Part shown: positions 11,047-21,381 of the stretch, in pieces
How positions within the stretch are numbered: position 1 is the stretch's first letter
Layout of the letters: the number at the start of each line of letters is the position of its first letter
Source: Diplonema japonicum
Lineage: Eukaryota > Protista > Euglenozoa: Diplonemea
Direction: 5' to 3'
DNA: 64,000 nucleotides
Assembly: GCA_964019335.1 (NCBI GenBank)
Contig: OZ025737.1
Span: 124,001 to 188,000 of the forward strand
Notes under the pieces: model-generated
The model's database searches: none
Told to the model about the DNA's origin: nothing
The model's input: the letters and a program-made list of their open reading frames with translations, nothing else
Translations under genes and position numbers: made by a program

Positions 11047-11354
11047 ACAACGGTGGGATTTCAACGACGAGCGCATGCCGCAAGGGGGCTGGAGCCACGA
11101 CAAGTTCGCAGGCGACCACAACGAGGCCAGCAAAGCAACGCAGTCGAAGCAGCCAGCAGCCCGAGCAGGCAAGGGGAGGCTAGCTGATCGGCTTGCGGTA
11201 TGCGAAACAAGAAGAAAGAAGAAGAGAAAAAAAAAAAAAAAAACACGCATCCACCCAGGGATACAATCCCACCGATCTGGACGCATCTGCGATCAACGAC
11301 CTGAAGCACCTGAGCGTTGCCCTCGGAAAACCTGAGGAACGTAAAAAGGAATAA
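9371..11354 (+). CDS. RS/RD-rich protein with Btz-like WxHDxF motif; exons 9371-9393, 9447-10045, 11046-11197, 11259-11354
   Basis: Spliced frame reads MPRRDRSYSSSS...(RD)n...HETQ-GQRWDFNDERMPQGGWSHDKF...RLA-GYNPTDL...KE*. Three GT-AG introns (53, 1000 and 61 nt) each keep the frame. Confidence 0.75.
9662..9870 (+). repeat. (AGAGAC)n/(AGGGAT)n hexamer repeats encoding Arg-Asp dipeptides
   Basis: Directly visible tandem hexamers. Confidence 0.9.
10103..11008. mobile_element. Non-autonomous TIR element (MITE, hAT-like ends) inside intron 2 of the RD-rich gene
   Basis: Perfect 26-bp inverted repeat ATAGTATCCAGGGTTAACCGATCACC (10103-10128 / 10983-11008); clustered subterminal GATCGGTTT and AAACCCG motifs; internal ~120-bp direct repeat (about 10613-10735 and 10818-10935); no recognisable transposase. 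Confidence 0.88.
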
Positions 11355-11521
11355 ATGTTGTTTCTTTTTCTTTCTGTCCTTCTTTTTTTTAAAAAAAAAA
11401 AGTGTTTGCAGTGTGCCCCTTTTTCCCCCCCCCCTCTTTTTTTTCCCCTCAACAACACCCCCTGACTACATAACACCGGTACTTACAGTAAAATAAATAA
11501 AATAAATAGAAAAAAAATAAA

Positions 11522-12712
11522 ATGGATGAAGCATATAAAAAGCAAGCCGAAGCACGGCTAGAAGGTGCAACGGGGTGTGCACCGTGGGAAATTGCGGTAA
11601 TAACCGGTGTTATTTTTGTGTCGGTTGCCTTGCGAAGAGGGGTGTTCTTGAAAATTCCAGAAGCCGTATGGTACACATCCTGGGTAATGCTCGGCGTCAA
11701 CACGGGAAGCCCAGCAATGGCGGCCGCGGTTGCGGCAGCATACACAATCACATCAGCAACCTACAAGTCAAACGAAACACCACCTGCCTCCGAGGGATTC
11801 CTACCATGGTTGGTCCCCTTCAGGGCCGTACTGATGTTGTACACCATATACTGTATATTAGCTGTGGATTTTTCGTTTTTCCCTGAAATGCACATGAAGA
11901 CGGACACATATGGCCAGTCTCTGATGGACATTGGCGTTGGCGCCTTTGTCTTCTCCCATGGGGTTGTCATGGGGCACAAAGTACAAACCGGTCATGCTCT
12001 CCGTAAGTGGAGTCGAACATCCTTGCCACTAGCAGTGTGTGGTGTGGTTCGTGTTATGCTTGTGAAGGCTTTAAACTACCACGAGCATCTGGAGGAGTAC
12101 GGGGTGCATTGGAATTTCTTCTTTACGTTGGCGGTACTTCCTGGCGGGCTGTACATCCTCAAAGGGCCGCCTCTTCAGGTTACTGTGGCGTTGCTTAGCA
12201 TCCCACATTTCATCTGGTTACAGACAACAGGTACGGGGTACATGTTGGCCGCTGAGCGGCACAGCCTCGTCGATCAAAACAAAGAAGGTCTCTTTTCCAT
12301 CCCTGGGTTCTTAACGATATTTGTGTTGGGTTGTTTGTACCGCAGGATGCGGTCGAAAGGACGGGTTCTGTTCGTCGTGTTCTCGGTGTGTTTGTACACG
12401 GTGCTGTCGTTGTGGGTTTCCCCCGCCAGCCGCCGGTTGTGTAACGCGCCTTATGTGTGGCTTGTGGCGTCGCTCTGCTCTGCGACGTTGCTGAGCCTCT
12501 CGCTGCTCCCCGATCGGTTGTGCTGTGCCCCGTTCTTGAAGTCGGTTTCGGATAAAAGCCTGCTGATCTTTTTGGTGGCGAATCTCCTCACTGGCGGGGT
12601 CAACCTTACATTCCAAACCCTGTCCGTTCCCACCCACTTGGCGCATGTCATCCTCACGTGCTACATGGCTGCTTCGGTGTACTTGGGAACGAAGATCCCG
12701 TTGAAGTTGTAG
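11522..12712 (+). CDS. PIGW: GPI inositol acyltransferase GWT1/PIG-W
   Basis: CILAVDF..FP...KT.TYGQSLMDIGVGAFVFSHG, YHEHLEEYGVHWNFFFTL, QNKEGLFSIPG, SRRLCNAPY, FLVANLLTGGVN. Confidence 0.95.
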   Translation: MDEAYKKQAEARLEGATGCAPWEIAVITGVIFVSVALRRGVFLKIPEAVWYTSWVMLGVNTGSPAMAAAVAAAYTITSATYKSNETPPASEGFLPWLVPFRAVLMLYTIYCILAVDFSFFPEMHMKTDTYGQSLMDIGVGAFVFSHGVVMGHKVQTGHALRKWSRTSLPLAVCGVVRVMLVKALNYHEHLEEYGVHWNFFFTLAVLPGGLYILKGPPLQVTVALLSIPHFIWLQTTGTGYMLAAERHSLVDQNKEGLFSIPGFLTIFVLGCLYRRMRSKGRVLFVVFSVCLYTVLSLWVSPASRRLCNAPYVWLVASLCSATLLSLSLLPDRLCCAPFLKSVSDKSLLIFLVANLLTGGVNLTFQTLSVPTHLAHVILTCYMAASVYLGTKIPLKL

Positions 12713-12789
12713 GCGGCTTTTTTTTTTTTTTTTTTTAATTATTCCCCTCGCATATTTGCAAAAAAAAATACGAAGGGGGGGAAAAAAAA

Positions 12790-13974
12790 ATGTTTAAAAA
12801 GCGTAAGATCGTTCCTGCGGTTCTGACAGGGCTTCATGAGCTGCAGAACCTTCGTTTCGTCAAGGTGAGGGAGGCCGCTCGCGAGCTTAAACCGCTGCGG
12901 TGCACGAACCACGCGGAGTGCAAGGAGTTCATGAAGAGCGTTGGTAGGGTGGAGATGACCCTGGGAGGTGTTTTCAAGACAATGCGAGTCGAGCTGTTTC
13001 CCCCAGAAGAGTGCGAGGTCACGGGGCTGGATGGAAACGAGTTCTTCCTATCCACGATAGGCGGGAGCGAAATAACTATAAAAGCAGGCACCGCACACGA
13101 GATGACACTGAGCGAAGACACCGCTCTGCAATGCGGACCGTTTGCAACACCCACAAGGGTAACAGTGGGCCCGAGTGAGGAACGAAAAATTCTGATAATG
13201 TTGTCCAGAAAGAGCCCGGTCGATGCAACGCACACGGTAGTCCCGGTGTCCCGCCAAGCTGTGCAAACCCCGTTTAAAAATTTCACGCCGAAATATCGAA
13301 CTGCGATGCCAGATTCGTTGTGGGGTATGTTCGTGGCACGTGAACAAGCATGGGGTGTTCCGGCTTTGATACAGCAGGCAAAGTTGTCTGTCATTCGCCA
13401 GCATAGTTCCATTTCTGTTTGGTTGGCCAAGCTAGCTGATATGTCGCAACACATTGATTTGAAAAGCAAAAATTTCGACGCCCTCATTCGCGTACTTTCC
13501 ATAAAAGGGATATCTCATACACTTTTCGAAAAAAGCATCGCGATTCAAATAGTACAGAAAGGTACTGTACCGGCCACCATGACAAATGGTATACTGTTTT
13601 GGATGAGCCGTGAAATCGAAGGGCTTCCCGATGCAGAGGTTTTGGAAGCCTGGAGTCGGTTTAAAGAGATTGCTCTTCCTGTGTGGGGAAGTACCGATGC
13701 GATTGCTTTCCCACCTTGCGATCCAGCGGATGTTTTGCTTAACCCTTCCACTGCACTGCGGTTACGACTCGAATCGGTGGAGCGCTTATCCAGCGATCTC
13801 TCGACGGTGTGGACGATCCCCTTGCTGAGCCAAGCTGTCGTATCGATGGGATTGAGGAAGGGAAAGATTTTTCTAGAAAACCATTCAAAAAGCCTGCCAT
13901 ATCTTTTACCCCGTGCAACGGAAGAGGAACGGCAAAATTTTCAAAAGATAATTCGATCGATAGAAGAGATATAG
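12790..13974 (+). CDS. Hypothetical protein (394 aa)
   Basis: Long ORF with coding-like composition, ATG after an A-run; no family recognised. Confidence 0.7.
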   Translation: MFKKRKIVPAVLTGLHELQNLRFVKVREAARELKPLRCTNHAECKEFMKSVGRVEMTLGGVFKTMRVELFPPEECEVTGLDGNEFFLSTIGGSEITIKAGTAHEMTLSEDTALQCGPFATPTRVTVGPSEERKILIMLSRKSPVDATHTVVPVSRQAVQTPFKNFTPKYRTAMPDSLWGMFVAREQAWGVPALIQQAKLSVIRQHSSISVWLAKLADMSQHIDLKSKNFDALIRVLSIKGISHTLFEKSIAIQIVQKGTVPATMTNGILFWMSREIEGLPDAEVLEAWSRFKEIALPVWGSTDAIAFPPCDPADVLLNPSTALRLRLESVERLSSDLSTVWTIPLLSQAVVSMGLRKGKIFLENHSKSLPYLLPRATEEERQNFQKIIRSIEEI

Positions 13975-14001
13975 GAGGTGGGTGCATTGACATGCATCGG
14001 T

Positions 14002-14036
<35 letters not shown>

Positions 14037-14101
14037 CTTGTTTTTTTTCCTTCAAAAAAAAAAAAAAAAGAGAGGGAGGAGGGGAAATTTAAAACAAGAA
14101 A

Positions 14102-14340
14102 ATGTTGAAACGGAAAGGCACCAGAATAGAAATCGGCAACAGCAGCGACTACAGCGAACTGGATGAGGTGCTGAACGAGCAGAAGGAGTCCTCTGTTGTT
14201 TACGGGTGTGTGTCCCATATAAATGAAAAAAAAAATGGAAAAAAAAAAATGGAAAAAAAAAAAAAAAAAGGTACACAGCCTCCCCGATTCCAACTACAAG
14301 CAGCGTTGAGGCCTCACCAGAACCTATGGGCTCGAAATAG
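14102..14340 (+). CDS. CDC26: APC/C subunit CDC26/APC12-like (57 aa); exons 14102-14205, 14271-14340
   Basis: N-terminus MLKRKGTRIEIG..DYSEL matches the CDC26 signature MLRRxPTRI/LEL..DxxE. A 65-nt GT-AG intron (14206-14270) removes the poly-A stretch. Confidence 0.75.
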
Positions 14341-14421
14341 ATAGACTTTTTTTCTTCTTTTTTTTTTTTTATTTGAAAAAAAAATACTTTTTTTTTTTTT
14401 TTTTTTTTTTTTTTGGAAAGG

Positions 14422-14449
<28 letters not shown>

Positions 14450-14453
<4 letters not shown>

Positions 14454-14842
14454 GCAACTGCAGTGGCCATTCAGCAGGCTCTCGCCGCGCGCCGCAGGTA
14501 GCGAAGAAGGTGGATCCTTCATGTGAAGATGAATGCCCAAACCCGAGAGATTTGGAGAAGAGCGTCATTTCCAGCATTGACATGGAAGACGTAAGCACAC
14601 AGTACACTGATATAGGCTACGACGACAGGAGGGTGAAGGCGACTCCGTTAGATTTCTTCGATAACAGCGAATTTTTCAGCACTGTAGCAGCGTCTACAAT
14701 GGGCAGTCTGGGGGATCTCCCCACACTGACCCCTCACAGCACAGATCTGGACCTGGTGTCTTTGCAACAAAGACGGTTATCCTGCGAAGAAACTTTTAAC
14801 AACATTAACATGAAGGACTTCCACCCCAATCCTTTGTTTTAG
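14450..14842 (+). CDS. Small protein with dual-acylation N-terminus (MGNCSG)
   Basis: 130-aa ORF between homopolymer spacers; Gly2/Cys4 myristoyl/palmitoyl pattern. Confidence 0.65.
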
Positions 14843-14848
14843 ACTTTG

Positions 14849-14883
<35 letters not shown>

Positions 14884-16843
14884 CTTTTTTTTTTATCTAT
14901 TCTCCCTCCCCAAACCCCAATCCCTCTGTGCACCATACCCCGTCTTGATACCTTAATTGATGCCTCTTTACGGTAGCGCCCGTGTGCTTGCATATTTGCA
15001 CTAGAAAGAAGAAGGAAAAAAAGAAAAAAAGAAAAAACCCTCTGTGCGTGATTTTTTTTTTTTTTTTATGTTTGTGTTTTTCTCTTTCCCTCCTCGTCTT
15101 TCTTCTTCTCTCTCTCCCTTTCTTTTTTTTTTCTCTCTCTTTCTTTCTTCTTCGCACTGGTTATCCAGAATGACGGGGAGATAGAGGGGGGAGAGGAAAA
15201 AAAAAAAGGAGGCAAAAGAGTGAGAGAATAGGTAGACGGGGGGGGATATGTGTGTTTTGTAATCCCCCCCCCTATTTTTTTGTTTCCCCCTTATATTTTT
15301 TTTGTCTTACCCTCTCTTTCCCTCTTTTCTAAAAAAAGAAAAAAAGAAATCTAGTATGAGTTAACCAGGCTGTTCTCCCCTCCTTCCCCTTCCTCCCTTT
15401 TTAAAAGGGGTAATTCACTTATTACTCAAAAAGAGAATTTAAAAACGGTTTATTATTATTATTATTTTTTTTTTTTTGCTTGCATTCTGCCCAGATGGGT
15501 GAGGGGGAAAAGCTCGAAAAAAGCTCAAAGTAAAACCGATGTAGCTTCTTTTGGGTATGAAGTGGATTGCCCCCCCCCCCCCCCCCCTTTATTATATTGG
15601 TGTTTTGAGTCCTGCAATATTTTTTAACCTCTTTGCTTTTATTTTTATCGGTTTTTTTTTTCCCCCTCTTAATTCGTTGGGGATGGGGATCAACAAGTAG
15701 CCAGATAACCTGCCATCTGACCTGGCCTTAGGGACTTGGCGCTCATGTTTGTACCTTCCCCTTGGAGCTTTAACCCTTCCCCTTCTCTCTCTCATTTACT
15801 CTTTCTTCCTTATTTCTTGCAAGGACAACAGAAACAATTTCTATTTTTTTTTTTTTTTTTTTCAAAATGCTAATAATTTTACCTCTCCTCTTCCCCCCCC
15901 CGTTCACCTGCCTGGTTATCATTCAAAGAAAAGAAATTTTCAAGAAAAAAAACAAAAAAAAAAAAAATGAAGAACAAGAAGTTTTACCGTTTCGTCCTCG
16001 ATTTTTTTTTTTCTCTTCCCCATCCACTTTATGGTTGCACCTTTGCGAAAAATTACTCTAAAAAAAAATGAAGGGTCTATGCCCTCCCCCTTTCCCTTGG
16101 TTTTTTTTTTTTTTTTTTTTTTCCCTTCCCTCGTTTCTTCCCTTTGCTGCACCTCCGTCTCCTTCTTCTCCTTTTTTCGCATCTTCCTTTTGTGTTTGCT
16201 TTTTTTTTCCCCAGGAAAAAAAAAAAGAGGAAAAATACAAAAAAAAAAAAAAAAAAAAAAGAAACACAAAACAATATGACGAAAAAATGAAAAAAAAAAG
16301 GAGGAGGTGTGATTAAAAAACAAAGGACACACGGTTTTCTATTTTCTTTTTTTTTCTGCCCTATTTCTTGAAAAGAAGGAAGAGGAAAAAAAAAAAAAAA
16401 CTGCAGCACCATACTATAGATGGTGTTCTTAACAAGGGGAGGGGGGACAAAAGGGGGGAAGAAGAAGGTAACAAAAAAATTTAAAGAGGGGGGGTGTCAA
16501 AAAAACCGAAAACTCTATTCAACCATGAGTATCTGAGTAATTCGGCTGTTGCACCCCCTTGTTAAAAATCGGATTCCCCCCCTCTTCTCTCCCCCCTTTT
16601 TTTTTCTTTTTTTTTTCTGCATTGCTGGTATAAAGCAAGATAACGAAACAAACTAAACAATTACAACAGAAAAAAATAACAACGCAAGCAAAAAAAAAAA
16701 AAATAATAATAAAAAAAAAAGAGAGAAAAAGAGAAAAAAAAAGGACTCAGCTAGCTTGTCACTGTGACACCAGAGCACCTGGCTAGTGGGTACCTTTTTC
16801 TCTCCTGTTTATTCTCTTCTTTCAGACTTCTTTTTTTTATATC

Positions 16844-16910
<67 letters not shown>

Positions 16911-17932
16911 TAGACTAAGATATTAGGAAATCGAATTCGGAAAAAAAAAGAAAACAAAAAAAAGGAAGGAAGAAAAAAAAGAATTGAGGGAAAAAAAAAA
17001 AGTAGGGAAAGATGAACGTGCGGGTTCCTTTCTATTCTCTCTTTTTTTTTTCCCCCCTCCTTTTTTTTTATATTTTATATGTTCAGCTTTAGAAGTTTTC
17101 CTCGTGACCTGACATTTTTTCTTTCACACAGTCTTCACTCCCCTGCTATTTGAGTTTTCTTTGCTCAGATAGGCAGCGTAAGTGAATCAAGGGGAAAAAA
17201 ACTATTCTTTAGGTGAATGAAATGGCTACTTGTCATGTCTTGGGGGAACAAAGTTCTCACAGTTCCAAAGAAGGAACACTTTTTTTTTTTTTTTTTTTTT
17301 TTTTTTGCGATAAACAAGTAGCTGTAAAACGAGAAGAAGAAAAAAAAAATGAAATTTTTCATTCCCGCTTTTTGAGAGTAGACCAAAAGAAGAGAAAACT
17401 ATATAAAAAAAAAAAAAAAAAAAAAACCCATCTCATTTCAGTTTGATAAGCAGATTTATCACCTGCGACCAACTGACTAGTATGAAGCACATTGGTGCAA
17501 AGAAAAAATGTTGGACCCCGAAAGCTGTCTGACTGCTCGAAAGGGGGGGGGAAAGAAGGGACAGTAGCAATATGCCACTAGCTCCTTTCTACCAGGCGAT
17601 CCCCCCCCCTACCCCATTTGGAGGCCTCCCTTTCACTACCCTGTTTTCTTTTTTTTTTTATATGTTTTTCTTATACTCAAAACTTTTTTCCAGTTTAGAA
17701 GAAGAGGAGGGAAAAAAACCGGCAATTTTCCATTCCCCCCCCTTTTTTTTTCTTTTTTTTCTTTTCCCTCCATGCCATGGGGTATCGTTTGCTAGCACTG
17801 CTCCCCATCATGGTGACATATCTTTTTTTTTTCTTTTTTTTTTCTTCAATTTTTCCCCCTGCAAAAAAAAAAAAAGTGGGAAGGGGAAGGCCACAACACA
17901 CAAAAAAAAACTGGCCACCACCGCACCTGAGC

Positions 17933-20667
17933 ATGGACCTGAACACGGCTGACCGGGTGCTCGAAGCCGAACAAGAAAAGGAAAAGATCCACGAAATGCT
18001 GGAAAAAGAAGAACGCGAAAAGCAAAAACTACAAAGCGAGGCCGAGCGCATGAAACACACAATAGCGATGCTGAAGGTCGAACAGGAAGCGAACCACAAG
18101 GCGGAACAAAGAGCAACCAGCTTACTAGAAAAAATGAAAACGGACATGGAGGACCAGTCCGACCGATTACGGGAAAAGATGAAAACCCTGGGAGAATGTC
18201 AAAAAGAAATCGGCTCCTGCAGAGAAGAGCTCAAAAAAACAAAAAAAGACAAGACAAACCTCCTGGAACTCCGCCTCGCAGAAGCGCAAAAATTCGAACA
18301 AGAAAAATCAGAACTCGAAACAAGACTACGCGTGGCAGAAGCAGACCTCACCGCCTACAAAACAGAAGCAAACAACACCCTAAGAACCTTGGCTGTAGAA
18401 CGCGATGACCTTCACACACAACGCGAAACCTGGAAAAACGAGAACGACCTCCTAAGAAGGAACATTACCCACTACGAGGAAATCCTCCAAGACGAAGCAT
18501 CCACCAACGAAACCTTAACACAACGACTCATAGACATCAACCGTGACTGCGAAGACCAGAAAATAGACATGGCACGGCTGGAGGCCTCGCTGGAAACCGC
18601 CATCACCAACACCCTATCACGGCAAGAAGACCCCCCCTCTGCCCACGATGAAATTCTCCGAAAAAGCAAATCCCTCCGAGAGGAAGCCGAAACCAGAATG
18701 CGGACCACCGAACTTGAGGAGCTTCAAGACAAGAACGCCGAACTCCACACACAGGTTGCTGAGGCCAAGCTTAAGATACAGAGCTTGGAGCAAGCAAATG
18801 AAAGCTTAACGCAACAAGTTAGCACCCTTGCATCGAAGACCCAAACCCTCGAACAGCGCAATGCCTTGTTGCAAACCGCAGCCGAGGAGCTTAACGATGT
18901 TCAAGACAAGAACATGGAGCTCGCCATGCAACAGACATCTCACAACAAGGAGATCGCCCGTCTCACGACCCTCGTCACCACGCGGGACATGGAGCTTGCT
19001 TCCCTCACAGACGACCTCACTGCTAGGCTTGACAAAGAGCGTGCCCTCCGCAAGGAGAAGGAGAAGCTTCGTGATGAGAGCGCGGAGCTGCACCACCTCG
19101 TCGACGAAGCCCAGGAGAAGGCGCGCAACCTCAACGAAGAAAAACTGAAGCTGTCGGATAAACTAGAGACCGCCGAGGCCGCCATCCAAGAGCTGCACGC
19201 AAAGGCAGCTGAGAGGGACTTCGCGAAAGTGTCCAGCTTCAAACGGCGAGTCGAACCCTCCGAGCATGACACCATCAGCGCTGGGGGGTATTCAAGACAT
19301 GACAGTGCTCACATCACGGAAGACGACCCCCCCAAGACACCCACACACACGTCTCGTGCCTCAATGTACTCTTCTCATAAGTATGAGGGCAACGTTGTGC
19401 GCCCTCCTGTGCAGAGTAATGCTAAGAATTTAGAATCGCTTGCGCTCTCTGCTATTAAAAGCATGGCGCCCGGTGCGAAGATCGACAGTGAGGCGCTGGT
19501 GAAGTACGTGAAGGATCAGGCCGACAGGTCTTGGCTCAGCCCGAGCAGGACACGGGGGCAAGAGGAACGGGAAGCGCCAACCCGCAAACCCCAAGCCGAC
19601 CTTCCACGTCACGGGAACGTTGACTACGCGCATGGCCAACCACAGCAGCAGCAGCAGCGGCATTACCTCCCGCAAGGCAGCGTGGAACATTGCAGTGAAC
19701 CACACCACCAACAGCAGCAGCCTCAACACCAACGTTATGCGTACCAAGAGCCTCAAAGCAGCTACCGTCAGGTGCAAGATCGCAAAGCACAGGACAGCTA
19801 CCATCTAACAGAAGATCGCCAAGCACAGAACAGCTACCGCCAGTCGCAAGATCGCCAAGCACAAGACAGCTACCGCCAGCCGCAAGATCGCCAAGCACAG
19901 GACAGCTACCGCCAGTCGCAAGATCGCCAAGCACAGGACAGCTACCGCCAGCCGCAAGATCGCCAAGCACAGGACAGCTACCGCCAGTCGCAAGATCGCC
20001 AAGCACAGGGAAGCTACCGTAAGCACACAGCACAGGACGTTCCTCAGCAGTACGATCGTCAGCAGTATCGTTACGACCACTCACGGCAAGCTCCGCAGGG
20101 CCAGTACCGCACCGAGCCTAGCATGGCACGCTACCCAAGCAGCAGCGCTGTACAGAAGGAGGGACCCCAAGGGACTTCTGTGGTGCAAGATGACGTAGAC
20201 TACAGGGATAGAGACAGAGACAGGGATAGAGACAGAGACAGGGATAGAGACAGAGACAGGGATAGGGGCGAACGAGGGTACAGTACAGGGCGGGCTGTAA
20301 CTCCTACTTATCTGCGTTATGACCGGTACACTGAACCACGCACGCAGGCAGCGCACACGAGGCACGAGTGGCACAGGGACGATCCTGAACCGCAAGTTAA
20401 GGAAGGAAGGTACCCCACACCAAGCTCTAGAAGGGTTGATAGTAACCAGATGGTGAGCAGCTTCGCACGCACTTACACAGTATGCTGGAAATTCTTTGCC
20501 CATTCCACACAGACTACTGACACATACCAAGAGGACCAGGAGACAGGGGGGTTCGAGGTGCGCAAGGCGCCATCTCCTCAGATGCTACCAGCACCTGTCA
20601 AAGTGGTATGCATGGACGACGAAAGGGGAAAAAAGAAGAAAAAAAATACCCGCAGAACCATACTTGA
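17933..20667 (+). CDS. Long coiled-coil protein with Q/R/D-rich repetitive C-terminal region; last intron 20606-20655 (possible in-frame 33-nt intron 20480-20512)
   Basis: About 430 aa of heptad-rich sequence from MDLNTADR; the GTATGC...CCCGCAG intron gives the C-terminus KV-NHT*. Confidence 0.75.
19775..20020 (+). repeat. 36-bp tandem repeat encoding QDRQAQDSYRQ(S/P), about 7 units; RD hexamer repeat follows at about 20203-20267
   Basis: Repeated CAAGATCGCCAAGCACAGGACAGCTACCGCCAG(T/C)CG. Confidence 0.9.
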
Positions 20668-21068
20668 AACTTAGATCCTCGGAAAAGAGGAAGAAGAAAA
20701 AAACCAAACACCCCCCCCCCCCCTTATTAATTTTAGATTTGCAAGTATAGTATTCTCTTCTTCTTTTCCCCCTTCCCAAAGGTGGGTCGTTGTTCACACT
20801 CATCGAATTTTTTCTTCTTGTCTCTAAGTTTTTTTAATTAAACAATTGTGTAAAACAAAGAAGAAGATGATTTATAAAAAAAAAGGTAGAGTCTCCCCCC
20901 TCCCGTGTTATATTATTTCGCACACATTACATTATGTATCTCCTTCTGTCCCCGTTTCTCTTAGAGCAGCTGTCTATCACCCTTTGGGATTGCGTATATG
21001 TTGGGATATTGCGTATATGTTGGCCTGTTTTGACTCCATGCTCGATGGCCTTTACATCTATATCAAAA

Positions 21069-21308
21069 GATCCCCGCGACTTATAACCGTATAGCATGCC
21101 TATACGTTCGCACTGTCTACAGATTGGATGGCCGTAACGACCACCGCATCGGTTAGCACAATCGGGACCCGTCATAATGCCTCCTCGTTTTTCTATAGGA
21201 TCCCCGAGACTTATAACCGTATAGCATGCCTATACATTCGGCGCACTGTCCACAGATCGGATGGCCGTAACGACCACCGCATCATAATGCCTCCTCGTTT
21301 TTCTATAG
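21069..21308. repeat. Non-coding tandem duplication (130-nt and 110-nt units), each ending in CCTCCTCGTTTTTCTATAG
   Basis: Units 21069-21198 and 21199-21308 are near-identical apart from an indel of about 22 nt. Confidence 0.9.
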
Positions 21309-21381
21309 GATATTAATCAATTCTACTACAATATCAGGCCCATGTTGCATTGTAGGGGGTGAGCCTAACGTTTGAAAAGAA

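Noticed and set aside
14843-17932. 3-kb gene-free spacer examined for micro-exon genes, snoRNAs, tRNAs or an SL RNA gene
   Set aside because: No convincing spliced ORF or RNA consensus found by eye; not excluded without RNA-seq.
19775-20020. 36-bp repeats superficially CRISPR-like
   Set aside because: No unique spacers, in-frame coding repeat, no cas genes.
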